DNA of 32,000 nt from Candidatus Methanophagaceae archaeon (GTDB lineage Archaea > Halobacteriota > Syntropharchaeia > Alkanophagales > Methanospirareceae): assembly GCA_003194425.1 (NCBI GenBank), contig PQXB01000001.1, forward strand, positions 850,444-882,443, written 5' to 3'. Positions 15,590 to 24,391 of this stretch are shown in pieces. The notes under the pieces were generated by a model. The model made no database searches and was not told the origin of the DNA. It saw only the letters and a list, made by a program, of their open reading frames with translations. The position numbers were made by a program, and so were the translations under genes. The first letter of the stretch is position 1; every line of letters begins with the position of its first letter.

Positions 15590-15753
15590 TTATTTGCTCC
15601 TGCTCTGACATTGCTTAACGCCCTTCTTTAGACTAAATTCATGACATTCTTATCGTTGAGCGATGTAATTTATGCACGCCACCGAAACAGGGCATATTTT
15701 TAGAACTTTACTTAATCCGATATCAAAAGATACAGACGGAAGGAGAAGACAGA

Positions 15754-17514
15754 ATGCCAGTAATAAAATTATTTTACGAGGATTTAGAAAATCTTACGGG
15801 CGTGAGCATTGAGAGGATAAAAGAGCGGCTGCCACTGCTCTGCGCGGATGTGGAGAGGGAAGAGGCGGAGTATTTGGATGTGGAGTTCTTTCCGAACCGA
15901 CCTGACCTCTTCAGCGTGGAGGGCGTCTCGCGGGCACTGAGGCAATTTCTGGAGGTCGAACCAGGACAGGCGGGGGGTAGTTACGAAGGGGAAAAGTTGG
16001 AAAAGTCAGGCATCGAGATGGTCGTAGAGCCTTCGGTTCTGGAGGTGCGACCCTACCTGGCTTGCGGTGTTGTGCGGGGTTTGCGGTTGGATTCGAGTGC
16101 GATCGAGTCGCTGATGCTTCTGCAGGAGCACCTTCACCGCGGACTTGGTCGCAACAGGGCGAAGGTCTCGGTCGGCGTGCACGACTTGGCGAGGGTGAAA
16201 CCGCCGTTCAGGTACCTCGCAGCAGACCCCAGTTTCTCGTTTGTCCCGCTTGACTACGAGGAAGAAATGACGCTGCAGGAGATTTTAGAGCGGCACCCGA
16301 AGGGCGTTGCGTTCCGCTACATTCTCGAGGGCAAGGAAAAATATCCGTTGATTTTGGATTCGTCGGAGGGCGAGGGGAGAACGCTCTCTTTTCCACCGAT
16401 TATCAACGCCGAGCGGACGCGGGTGACCGAAGCCACAGAGGACATTTTCGTGGAGGTTACGGGCTTGAACGAGAATGTCTCGGTGGCTCTAAATATTATT
16501 GCCTGTGCGCTCGCGGAGCGAGGCGGGCAGATTCAGTCGGTGGTGCTTCGCTACCCAAACGAAAAAGAGAAGGAAACGCCTTGTTTGGAGCCGAAGACGG
16601 TGGAGGTCTCGGTGGAGGCGGTCAGGTCGCTTCTGGGACTTGACTTGACTGCGGAGGAGTGCAAGAGGTGCTGTGAGCGAATGGGGCTTGGTGCGGTGGT
16701 GAAATCTGGAGGTGCAGGAGAGGGAGCAGGAGAGAGAGCAGGAGAGAGAGCAGGAGAAGGTGCAGGAGGAGGAATGTTGGAGGTGAAAATCCCGGCTTAC
16801 AGGTTTGACATTCTGCATCCGTGGGACGTGATTGAAGACATCGCGATCGGCTACGGCTACGACCGGCTGAAGCCAGAGCTTCCCAGAACGGCAGGAACAG
16901 GCGAAGTGCATCCGACAGAGGAGAAGAAGCGGGCGGTGCGGGAAATAATGACTGGCTTGGGGTTTTTTGAGGTGCTGACCTTCACACTGACCTCTGAGAG
17001 GAAGCAGTTTGAACTGACGAGACAAACTTTTAGAGAGTTTGAAGTTGTGAAGGTTGCGTCGCCGCTGAGTGCCGAGCACACGATGCTGCGGTGCTCGATT
17101 CTCCCGAACCTGCTGGAAATCCTCTCGCTTAACACGCACCGCGACCTGCCGCAGCGGATTTTTGAGGTCGGTCCCGTAGTGGTGCGGAACTTCAAGGAGG
17201 AACTTCGGCTCGCCGCGGTCTCAACGCACGCTGCAGCGAACTTTGCAGAGGTCAAGTCGGTGGTGGACGCGGTGCTGAAGGAAATGGGGCTGACTGGTAG
17301 CGGGGTTGGTGGTGGTGGTGCGGAAGAGGCGGAGGCGGAAGTAGAAGTAAAAGTGGTGCCGTCGGAGAACGGTGCGTTTTTGGGGGGCAGGAGAGCGGAG
17401 ATAATTTTGGAAGGCAAGAAGGTAGGCGTTTTCGGCGAACTGCACCCAGAGGTGATTCTTAATTTCGGGCTGAGTCAGCCGGTGGTTGGGTTTGAGGTGC
17501 TGCTTAGACAATAA
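15754..17514 (+). CDS. pheT: Phenylalanine--tRNA ligase beta subunit (archaeal type)
   Basis: MPVIKLFYEDLENLTG...FPNRPDLFSVEGVSRALRQFL...VGVHDL...FPPIINAE and the C-terminal FGELHPEV fit archaeal PheT. It contains low-complexity inserts GGAGEGAGERAGERAGEGAGGG (DNA about 16711-16772) and GSGVGGGGAEEAEAEVEV. Confidence 0.9.
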   Translation: MPVIKLFYEDLENLTGVSIERIKERLPLLCADVEREEAEYLDVEFFPNRPDLFSVEGVSRALRQFLEVEPGQAGGSYEGEKLEKSGIEMVVEPSVLEVRPYLACGVVRGLRLDSSAIESLMLLQEHLHRGLGRNRAKVSVGVHDLARVKPPFRYLAADPSFSFVPLDYEEEMTLQEILERHPKGVAFRYILEGKEKYPLILDSSEGEGRTLSFPPIINAERTRVTEATEDIFVEVTGLNENVSVALNIIACALAERGGQIQSVVLRYPNEKEKETPCLEPKTVEVSVEAVRSLLGLDLTAEECKRCCERMGLGAVVKSGGAGEGAGERAGERAGEGAGGGMLEVKIPAYRFDILHPWDVIEDIAIGYGYDRLKPELPRTAGTGEVHPTEEKKRAVREIMTGLGFFEVLTFTLTSERKQFELTRQTFREFEVVKVASPLSAEHTMLRCSILPNLLEILSLNTHRDLPQRIFEVGPVVVRNFKEELRLAAVSTHAAANFAEVKSVVDAVLKEMGLTGSGVGGGGAEEAEAEVEVKVVPSENGAFLGGRRAEIILEGKKVGVFGELHPEVILNFGLSQPVVGFEVLLRQ

Positions 17515-17545
17515 ATATGTTTTATTCATTAAAAGATGAAAAATA

Positions 17546-18985
17546 ATGGACGCGTTTTCGGCTTTCGTGCCGTTCCTGCTGCTCTTCGGCTTTTCGCTGC
17601 TCGGCGTCGCGTTAGGCACAGTAACAGGTCTCGTTCCTGGCTTTCACCCAAATAATGTCGCTTTTATCCTCCTCTCTGTCTCGCCTGTAATTTTAGAAAG
17701 GCTACGTTTTTTAACCGCTCTCGTCCCTTCTGAGACCCTGCTTGTCCTCATTGCTGCTACTGTGGTCGCTGCGTCCGTAGCGCACACTTTTTTGAATTTT
17801 ATCCCAGCGGCGTTTGTAGGCGCCCCAGAAGGCGAGACCGCACTTGCTCTACTCCCCGCACACCGAATGCTTCTGGAAGGACGGGCTTACGAGGCGACGG
17901 TTCTCTCCGCGACAGGCAGTTTTTGGTCGGTTGTCTTCTCGTTTCTGCTCCTCGTTCCGTTCTATTTTTTGTTCTCCTCCTTGAACTTTTACGAGACGGT
18001 TCAGAGCCGAATGCTTTACATTCTCGTCGGAATCTCGGCGTTGTTCATTCTCACCGAGAGTTTCAGCGAGCGGTGGGAGGCACACTGGGCAGTCCTCCTC
18101 GCCTCCGCGGTCTTTCTACTCTCTGGACTGTTTGGCTGTGTGGTGTTGAGAATGCCGGTGCCGGTCTCGCCCTTCCCCCTGTTTTCCTCTCTCCGCTCCA
18201 CTCTGCTTTTTCCTGCTCTTACAGGCTTGTTCGGGCTCTCGGCGGTTTTGTTTTCGCTGCTCTACACGCCCGAAATCCCAGAGCAAGAAACAGAAGAGCC
18301 GGCGGTGGAGCGAGACAGCAGAACAGACAGGACAGACAGGACAGACAGGACAGACAGGACAGACAGGACAGACAGGACAGACAGGACAGAAGAGAGAGCA
18401 GAATTGGTGAAGTCGGCGGTCTCTGGCTCCGCGTTTGGCACACTGGTCAGTTTCCTGCCCGGAATCACTTCGGCACACGCGACCGTGTTTGCGATGCTTG
18501 CACGACGAAACCGGCAGCCTGAGCAGGTAATTACAACCTTGAGTGGCGTTAACACCGCGAACGCGATCTTCTGTCTCGCAACGCTGTTTCTCATTTCCCG
18601 CCCGAGAAGTGGGGCAACAATTGCAATTAGCCAACTCTTGCCTCTTCCTCTTCAGCATTGGGAGACAGCGGTTCCGCCGTTAGCACTGCTTTACCTGCTG
18701 ACTGCGGTCTTGGTCGCGTCTCTCTGCTCGTTCTTCATCACGAAATCCGCAGGAAAGCAGTTCGCACGGGCGTTCGTGAAAATACCGTACCGAAAGATGC
18801 TCGTCGGAATCGCAGTCTTCCTTTTTCTGCAGGTCTTCTTCTTTACGGGCGTTTTGGGGCTGCTGGTTCTTCTCGTGGGAACTTGCATCGGTCTCGTCCC
18901 AATTTATCTCGGCGTGAGGCGGAGTAACTGCATGGGTGTTATTCTGCTAAATGTAATACTTTTTTATATATTCTTTTATATGTAG
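17546..18985 (+). CDS. Polytopic membrane protein, TctA/DUF112-like (COG1784-type)
   Basis: N-terminal LGTVTGLVPGFHPNN and later SFLPGITSAHATV resemble the duplicated G-x-x-PG-[LI] motifs of the TctA/DUF112 family. There are at least 10 hydrophobic segments, and a central loop carries (TDR)7. Confidence 0.5.
   Translation: MDAFSAFVPFLLLFGFSLLGVALGTVTGLVPGFHPNNVAFILLSVSPVILERLRFLTALVPSETLLVLIAATVVAASVAHTFLNFIPAAFVGAPEGETALALLPAHRMLLEGRAYEATVLSATGSFWSVVFSFLLLVPFYFLFSSLNFYETVQSRMLYILVGISALFILTESFSERWEAHWAVLLASAVFLLSGLFGCVVLRMPVPVSPFPLFSSLRSTLLFPALTGLFGLSAVLFSLLYTPEIPEQETEEPAVERDSRTDRTDRTDRTDRTDRTDRTDRTEERAELVKSAVSGSAFGTLVSFLPGITSAHATVFAMLARRNRQPEQVITTLSGVNTANAIFCLATLFLISRPRSGATIAISQLLPLPLQHWETAVPPLALLYLLTAVLVASLCSFFITKSAGKQFARAFVKIPYRKMLVGIAVFLFLQVFFFTGVLGLLVLLVGTCIGLVPIYLGVRRSNCMGVILLNVILFYIFFYM
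18323..18385 (+). repeat. In-frame 9-bp microsatellite (ACAGACAGG x7) encoding (Thr-Asp-Arg)7
   Basis: Seven perfect 9-nt units read directly. They lie in a hydrophilic loop of the membrane protein. Confidence 0.95.
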
Positions 18986-19017
18986 CGACTTCTTGGAGGA
19001 GTTAATAAATCCTCAAC

Positions 19018-19188
19018 TCAAACCCCTGAGACAAGCGTAGCGATGCCGACCGCGCCTGCGTGCTGCGAATTCGGGGGAACGAGAATCTCAACGCCGAGTA
19101 GGTCCTCAAGCTCACGCTTGAATCTGGTTCTCGTAGACCTGCTCAGCAACCGACCTGCAAGCCGCCGCCACATCTTCTCTTCTCTCAT
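19018..19188 (-). pseudogene. Remnant of a BadF/BadG/BcrA/BcrD-type ATPase (acyl-CoA dehydratase activase) C-terminus
   Basis: The hand-translated 56-aa ORF is MREEKMWRRLAGRLLSRSTRTRFKRELEDLLGVEILVPPNSQHAGAVGIATLVSGV-stop. The ...LE-x-LLG-x-EI-x-VPP-x-x-Q-x-AGA-x-G-x-A ending is typical of that family. The preceding GGVA-x-N block is missing. Confidence 0.35.
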
Positions 19189-19466
19189 CCTAATAAATAT
19201 TTTTCGATTAACTTAAAACTTGACTCATTTGTAAATTCTTCCCTTTTTATCCTCTTTCAAGACGAGAACGAGCCTTTCTTTCTCAAATATTGTGTAAAGA
19301 ATCCTGTATTTTCCGACCCTCTCTCTGTAAACGCCTCTCTCTGTAAACGCCCTCTTTTTTTACATTTCCTCGCTCGTTAGCACAGAATCCTCCACAAGTT
19401 GAATGAAGGAATAGGGAGGAAGGAAAGAGCATCCTTCTTCCGCGGACCTTTATGCGTATTTTTTCT

Positions 19467-20528
19467 TCACCCACCCCGAGAAGAGAGGCAGAAAGAAGCA
19501 ATCAGGGCGTCCAACTGAATGCTCTCGTTCGCACCTTCGGTAATTCTGAAATCCGCCTCTCCAATCCGATCCAACAATTCCACCTTCTTCCTCGCCGAGA
19601 GATTCATTTTTATCACGAGCCGGTGCATCTGCGCCAATATTTCGTCGCCCGAAATCCCCCTCTCGGTCAGCACCCGCAACTTCTCCAACGCCGCAAAGAA
19701 CTCGCCGTCCAACGCAGATTTTATCAAACTCTCGACCTCTTCGGGTCTCGCAGTTGCAGTCGTTTCGTAAATCGTCTCGGGCTTTATTTCGCTGCCCAGC
19801 ACCGCAGCACTCTGCAACGCGTTCACTGCTCTTCTCATATCGCCGCCCGCGACATAATTTATCGCCTTGACCGCGTCTTCCGAGAGTCTTAAGCCCTCTC
19901 TGTCTGCGATGAATTTTATGCGTGCCGCAACCGCGTCGTAGGAGAGCGGCTTGAACCTGTAGACCGAGCATCTGGACTGAATTGGCGCGATTATTTTTGA
20001 CGAAAAATTACAACTCAGAACAAACCTGCAAGTCCCCGAGTACCGCTCCATCGTCCTTCGCAGCGCCGACTGTGCGGCGTCGGTCAGAGCGTCTGCCTCG
20101 TCGAGGAAGATGATTTTGAACGCGGCGTCGCCGACTGGCATCGTTCTCGCGAAGTTCTTTATCTTGTTCCGAACCACCTCGATCCCCCGCTCGTCACTCG
20201 CGTTCAATTCCGTGAAATTCTCTGACCAAATCTCGCCGTAGAGTTCGCGTGCAAGGGCGACGGCAGCAGCGGTCTTTCCCACGCCTGCGGGACCGGAGAA
20301 GATGAGGTGAGGTAGGTTTCGCTTGCGGACGTAAGACTGGAGGTTGTTTAGAATTGCTTTCTGTCCTGCTACCTCTGCCAGTTTCCGCGGTCGGTATTTT
20401 TCAGTCCAAACCTCCTCCGTCTTTCTCTTTCTCTCTTTCTCCCCGTCTTCCTTTTTCTCTCCGTCTTTCTCTCCGTCTTTCTCTCCGTCTTTCTCCCCTT
20501 CTCTCCCTCTTTCTCTCTCTTTCGGCAT
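19467..20528 (-). CDS. rfcS: Replication factor C small subunit
   Basis: WTEKYRPRKLAEVAGQ...LPHLIFSGPAGVGKTAAA...IIFLDEADALT...SRCSVYRF are canonical RFC boxes. Start set at ATG 20528 (MPKERERG...). The tracked start at 20696 would translate the upstream 10-bp repeat array. The N-terminal tail contains (GEKD)3. Confidence 0.9.
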   Translation of the reverse strand: MPKERERGREGEKDGEKDGEKDGEKKEDGEKERKRKTEEVWTEKYRPRKLAEVAGQKAILNNLQSYVRKRNLPHLIFSGPAGVGKTAAAVALARELYGEIWSENFTELNASDERGIEVVRNKIKNFARTMPVGDAAFKIIFLDEADALTDAAQSALRRTMERYSGTCRFVLSCNFSSKIIAPIQSRCSVYRFKPLSYDAVAARIKFIADREGLRLSEDAVKAINYVAGGDMRRAVNALQSAAVLGSEIKPETIYETTATARPEEVESLIKSALDGEFFAALEKLRVLTERGISGDEILAQMHRLVIKMNLSARKKVELLDRIGEADFRITEGANESIQLDALIASFCLSSRGG

Positions 20529-20567
20529 CTTTTTGTTACGCTCTATTTTTATAAAATTTAAAATAAG

Positions 20568-20681
20568 GCAGAGTAAGGGGTGTAAAGCAGAGTAAAGCAG
20601 AGTAAAGCAGAGTAAAGCAGAGTAAAGCAGAGCAAAGCAGAGCAAAGCAGAGTAAAGCAGAGCAAAGCAGAGCAAAGAGGG
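20568..20681. repeat. 10-bp tandem repeat array, about 10 copies of G(T/C)AAAGCAGA, in the divergent rfcS / hdrCB intergenic region
   Basis: Read directly. Five GTAAAGCAGA units run from 20582. They are followed by GCAAAGCAGA x2, GTAAAGCAGA, GCAAAGCAGA, and a degenerate end copy (GCAAAGAGGG). A degenerate leader copy lies at 20568-20581. There are no spacers. Confidence 0.95.
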
Positions 20682-20776
20682 GTTGTAACTGCACAAAAAA
20701 ACCGCAAATTATTTATACTGAATAACTTTTATAAGAAGAAGGACGAAAATAGTAAAGAAGAAAAGGAGGAATTGAA

Positions 20777-21325
20777 ATGGGAACGTTGTATGATGAGTTG
20801 GTGGATTACGGAGGGGAAGTGTTTGGCAGGGAGCACTTGGAGACGCTCAGGGAGTGCGTGCAGTGCGGTAAATGCACGGGGGGGTGTCCCTCGGGCAGGA
20901 ACACGGCGTTAAGGACGCGGAAATTGATGCAGATGGCTTTGTTGGACTTGCGGGAGGAGATTTTTAACGCCCCAGAGTTGTGGTTCTGCTCGACCTGTTA
21001 CACCTGTTACGAGCGGTGCCCGAAGGGGGTGAAGGTGACGGACATAATAAGAACGATAAGGAACCTGGCGGCGAAGGAGGGGCATATGTCGGTCCCGCAC
21101 CGAATGATTGGGGTTTATGTGATGAAGACCGGTCATGCGGTCCCGATTGGGCCTGACCAGATGAAGTTGCGAGAGGCGGTGGGTCTCGATTCGCAGCCCC
21201 CGACCGCGCAGAAGCACAAGGACCAGTTGGAGCAGGTGCAGACGATTTTCAAGACGACGGGCTACGACGCGATGATTGATTTCGATTGGGATACGATGAC
21301 TTTGAAGGGGATGGCGAAAAAATAG
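20777..21325 (+). CDS. hdrC: Heterodisulfide reductase subunit C
   Basis: There are two ferredoxin-type motifs, CVQCGKCTGGCP and CSTCYTCYERCP, in a protein of about 180 aa. It is directly followed by hdrB. Confidence 0.85.
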   Translation: MGTLYDELVDYGGEVFGREHLETLRECVQCGKCTGGCPSGRNTALRTRKLMQMALLDLREEIFNAPELWFCSTCYTCYERCPKGVKVTDIIRTIRNLAAKEGHMSVPHRMIGVYVMKTGHAVPIGPDQMKLREAVGLDSQPPTAQKHKDQLEQVQTIFKTTGYDAMIDFDWDTMTLKGMAKK

Positions 21326-21354
21326 GAAAAAATAGGAAAATTAGGAAGAGAAAA

Positions 21355-22257
21355 ATGGCAAAAGAAGCAGAAGCGGAAACGAGGGAGTACGCTTATTTCC
21401 TGGGCTGCATCACGCCGAACAGGTATCCGGGAATTGAAGCGGCGACGAAGAGGATTCTTAAGGAGTTTGGAATAGGGACGCAAGAAATGATTGGGGCTTC
21501 GTGCTGCCCTGCGCCGGGAGTGTTTGGCTCGTTTGATATGCACACTTGGCTGCCGGTGGCGGCGCGGAACCTTGCGATCGCGGAGGAAATGGACTTGGAA
21601 ATCGTGGTAACCTGCAACGGCTGTTACGGGTCGCTTCAGGAGGCAGACCACTTGCTGCGGGAGAACACGAAGTTGCGCGAGAAGACGAACGCGATTTTGG
21701 GGAAGTTCGGGCGGGAGTTTAAGGGCACGACGAAGGTGAACCACTCAATCGTGGTTCTGCACGATGTCATCGGGCTGGAGCGGCTGAAGGAGGCGGTAAC
21801 GAAGCCGATGACTGACGTAAATGTAGCAGTGCACTACGGCTGCCACTTCCTCAAGCCACGCGAGGTGCGGGGGCACGGGTCGTCAGAGACGCCGTACATT
21901 CTGGAGGACTTAATGCAAGTGACCGGAGCGAAGACGCCGGAGTACAAGGACAAACTGATGTGCTGTGGCGCCGGCGGTGGGAACAGGACCGCGGATTCGG
22001 TTCAGTCATTGGAGTGGATGCGGCAGAAGTTAGTGAGTGCGATCGAGGCGGGCTGCGACTGTATGGTTCACCCCTGCGCGTTCTGTCACCTCCAACTCGA
22101 CCGCGGGCAGACGGAAATGGAACAGGCGTTCGGCGTCTTCTTCAACTTCCCAATCCTCTTCACTACGCAGTTCCTCGGTCTCGCGATGGGGCTGAGCGAG
22201 AAGGAACTGGGGTTGGACGCGCAGACGACGACGATGCCGGAGAAGCTGTTGAAGTAG
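21355..22257 (+). CDS. hdrB: Heterodisulfide reductase subunit B
   Basis: YAYFLGCITPNRYPG, ASCCPAPG, CNGCYGSL and MCCGAGGGN (two CCG-type cysteine-rich domains) are present. Start set at ATG 21355 (MAKEAEAE...) rather than 21286, which overlaps hdrC. Confidence 0.85.
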   Translation: MAKEAEAETREYAYFLGCITPNRYPGIEAATKRILKEFGIGTQEMIGASCCPAPGVFGSFDMHTWLPVAARNLAIAEEMDLEIVVTCNGCYGSLQEADHLLRENTKLREKTNAILGKFGREFKGTTKVNHSIVVLHDVIGLERLKEAVTKPMTDVNVAVHYGCHFLKPREVRGHGSSETPYILEDLMQVTGAKTPEYKDKLMCCGAGGGNRTADSVQSLEWMRQKLVSAIEAGCDCMVHPCAFCHLQLDRGQTEMEQAFGVFFNFPILFTTQFLGLAMGLSEKELGLDAQTTTMPEKLLK

Positions 22258-22267
22258 ACTAAAATAG

Positions 22268-22301
22268 AAAAAGGGGAAAAACCCCTTTCCTTTTTATTTT
22301 T
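22268..22301 (+). terminator. Hairpin plus oligo-T tracts downstream of hdrB
   Basis: AAAAAGGGGAAAAACCCCTTTCCTTTTTATTTTT contains a GGGG/CCCC stem followed by T5 and T5 runs, the usual archaeal termination signal. Confidence 0.45.
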
Positions 22302-22319
22302 AGACTTTCTCCTCCCTCT

Positions 22320-22370
22320 CCTGCTACCAAAGTCCTGCTACCAAAGTTACCAAAGTCCTGCTACCAAAGT
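22320..22370. repeat. 14-bp direct repeat CCTGCTACCAAAGT x3 (plus one partial copy) at the 3' end of the 74-aa ORF
   Basis: Read directly: 22320-22333, 22334-22347, partial copy 22348-22356, and 22357-22370. The last copy encodes the final residues and stop of ORF 22361..22585. Confidence 0.85.
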
Positions 22371-22585
22371 TTCGTAGGCAGCGGGAGCACTGCTTTGAAC
22401 TGCCCCTTCTTCTGCCTAACCGCTCGCAAATCCTTCTCCTTCTCGGTTATTTTATTTATCAGTTCAACCTTCTGCCCCTCTTCCGACGCCGCTCTGAACT
22501 CGGTCACTAACTCGCCAATCTCCTTTATCAACGCAGCTATCTCCTCATCCTTCTTCTTTATTTCCTCTTCCGGTACTACACTCAT
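22361..22585 (-). CDS. Hypothetical small coiled-coil protein (74 aa)
   Basis: AGGAGG lies 10 nt upstream of the ATG (GATAAAGGAGGCGAGGGAAAAATG). The sequence is heptad-like and E/K-rich. It lies co-directionally downstream of tuf-rps10. No family was recognised. Confidence 0.45.
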   Translation of the reverse strand: MSVVPEEEIKKKDEEIAALIKEIGELVTEFRAASEEGQKVELINKITEKEKDLRAVRQKKGQFKAVLPLPTKLW

Positions 22586-22654
22586 TTTTCCCTCGCCTCC
22601 TTTATCTTTTATTTTGACTTCTTCTTTTCTCTGACCTACCTTCTATTTATATTT

Positions 22655-22688
22655 TTCTATTTTTATCCGCCTTCTATTTTTATCCGCC
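22655..22688. repeat. 17-bp tandem duplication (TTCTATTTTTATCCGCC x2) immediately downstream of the rps10 stop
   Basis: Read directly: 22655-22671 equals 22672-22688. Confidence 0.85.
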
Positions 22689-23000
22689 CTACCCCTTCAG
22701 CACAATTTCGATGTGAACGTCCTTTGGAATCGGAATGCGCATAAGTTGTCGCAACGCCCGCTCGTCCGCTTCTAAGTCAATCAGCCGCTTGTGAATGCGC
22801 ATTTCCCAGTGGTCCCAAGTAGGCGAGCCCTCGCCGTCTGGACTCTTCCTGCACGGTACCACCAACTTCTTTGTAGGAAGAGGGACAGGACCCAACATTC
22901 TAACGCCCGTCGTCTCTGCGATTTTCTTCACCTGCTGGCAGATGCCGTCCATTTTCTTGTGGTTCGTGCTTGACAGTTTTATCCGCGCTTTTTGATCCAT
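22689..23000 (-). CDS. rps10: 30S ribosomal protein S10 (uS10)
   Basis: [42 protein letters not shown]...RIHKRLIDL is the canonical S10 sequence. It sits downstream of EF-1alpha, as in many archaea. Confidence 0.95.
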   Translation of the reverse strand: MDQKARIKLSSTNHKKMDGICQQVKKIAETTGVRMLGPVPLPTKKLVVPCRKSPDGEGSPTWDHWEMRIHKRLIDLEADERALRQLMRIPIPKDVHIEIVLKG

Positions 23001-23056
23001 TCCCCTTCCCTCCCTTTTCTCTCCGTCCTTCCTTTTCCTTTTCTCTCCGCTCTATT

Positions 23057-24322
23057 TTACTTCTCCTTTACATCAATTACCATCCCCGCGGCGACGGTCT
23101 GCCCCATATCGCGGACCGCGAACCTGCCTAACTGCGGAATCTCCTTCACACGCTCGATGACAAGCGGTCGTGTCGGCTTTATTTTGATGATCGCAGCGTC
23201 GCCTGTCTTTATGATGTCTGGGTTCTCCTCTACCACCTGTCCCGTCTTCGGGTCCAACTTCTTTGAAATCTCGATTACCGTAGCAGCGACCTGAGCGGTG
23301 TGGCAGTGGAAGACGGGCGTGTAGCCGATTGTAATCGCGCTGGGGTGCTGAAGGACAACAATTTGCGCGGTGAACTCGTCGGCAACCGTAGGCGGCGTGT
23401 CAGTGTGCCCGCAAACGTCTCCTCGCCGAATCTCAGTCCTGCTTATCCCGCGGACGTTCCAGCCGATGTTGTCTCCCGGAATTGCCTCTTCAATCTCCTC
23501 GTGGTGCATTTCAATCGTCTTCACCTCGCCGACCTTGCCGGGGGGGTTAAAAATGACTTTGTCCCCTTTCTTTATCTTCCCGGTCTCAACGCGACCCACA
23601 GGGACAGTCCCAACGCCTGTAATCGTGTAGACGTCCTGCACGGGAACTCGGAGCGGTAGATTAATCGGCTTCTGCGGGACTTTCATCATATCCATCGCAG
23701 CCAAGAGCGTTGGTCCGTCAAACCATTTCATTTTTTCGCTCTTCTTAACTATGTTCTCTCCCTCGTACGCAGAGACAGGCACGAAGATCACCGAGTCCTT
23801 CTTGTAGCCGACCATCGCCAAGAGCGCCAGAATCTCCTCCTTCAACTCCTCGTACCGCTTCTGATCGTAGTTTATGCGGTCCATCTTGTTCACCGCGACG
23901 ATCAACTGAGTTACGCCCAAAGTCCTGGACAGAAAGACGTGCTCCTTCGTCTGCGCCATTATTCCGTCCTTTGCGTCGACGACCAAGACCGCTGCGTCCG
24001 CCTGCGAAGTCCCTGTAATCATATTTTTCACGAAGTCCCTGTGACCGGGGCAGTCCACGATTGTGTAGTAATATTTGTCTGTGTCGAACCGCTGGTGAGC
24101 GACATCGATTGTAATGCCCCGCTCTCGCTCGTCCTTCAGCGAATCCATCACCCACGCGAACTCGAATGTCGCCTTACCCAACGCCTCCGCCTTCTTCCTG
24201 TACTCGTCGATCAGATGCGGGTCGATTGTTCCTGTCTCTGTCAGCAGTCGTCCTAACAGCGTTGACTTGCCGTGGTCAATGTGCCCAATCATTGCCAGAT
24301 TCATATGCTCTTTCTCTACCAT
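23057..24322 (-). CDS. tuf: Translation elongation factor 1-alpha (aEF-1A)
   Basis: [17 protein letters not shown] and NKMD GTPase motifs are present. The full-length archaeal EF-1alpha pattern continues to the C-terminal [13 protein letters not shown]. Confidence 0.97.
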   Translation of the reverse strand: MVEKEHMNLAMIGHIDHGKSTLLGRLLTETGTIDPHLIDEYRKKAEALGKATFEFAWVMDSLKDERERGITIDVAHQRFDTDKYYYTIVDCPGHRDFVKNMITGTSQADAAVLVVDAKDGIMAQTKEHVFLSRTLGVTQLIVAVNKMDRINYDQKRYEELKEEILALLAMVGYKKDSVIFVPVSAYEGENIVKKSEKMKWFDGPTLLAAMDMMKVPQKPINLPLRVPVQDVYTITGVGTVPVGRVETGKIKKGDKVIFNPPGKVGEVKTIEMHHEEIEEAIPGDNIGWNVRGISRTEIRRGDVCGHTDTPPTVADEFTAQIVVLQHPSAITIGYTPVFHCHTAQVAATVIEISKKLDPKTGQVVEENPDIIKTGDAAIIKIKPTRPLVIERVKEIPQLGRFAVRDMGQTVAAGMVIDVKEK

Positions 24323-24391
24323 TTCCCTTCTACTCCTTTTTCCTTCTCTTTTAATCTACTAACTTAAACCTTTATTTATTTACTTTTATTT

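Noticed and set aside
11375-15735. Possible direct repeats (att-like) flanking the A+T-rich region (TAATCTGATTATAAATAC near 11385 and TAATCCGATATCAAAAGATAC near 15712)
   Set aside because: The match is only about 9 to 10 scattered identities in A/T-rich DNA. There is no integrase or tRNA at the junction. This is not distinguishable from chance by eye.
20568-20681. Possible CRISPR array (also considered for 121-192)
   Set aside because: The units are only 10 to 15 bp and directly abut one another with no unique spacers. There are no cas genes in the window.
20529-20696. N-terminal extension of the RFC small subunit ORF (MCSYNPSLLCFALLYSALLCFALLYSA...)
   Set aside because: It is the translation of the intergenic 10-bp repeat array and the A/T-rich promoter block. 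The conserved RFC sequence begins after the internal ATG at 20528.
21286-21354. Tracked hdrB start at 21286, overlapping hdrC by 40 nt
   Set aside because: The extension (MGYDDFEGDGEKIGKNRKIRKRK) is not HdrB-like. ATG 21355 gives the typical ...YAYFLGC N-terminus just after the hdrC stop.
22830-22870. Shared PLPTK peptide between S10 ([10 protein letters not shown]) and the C-terminus of the 74-aa ORF (VLPLPTKLW), as evidence of partial gene duplication
   Set aside because: The underlying DNA sequences differ in codon choice, and there is no extended nucleotide identity. It is most likely coincidence.
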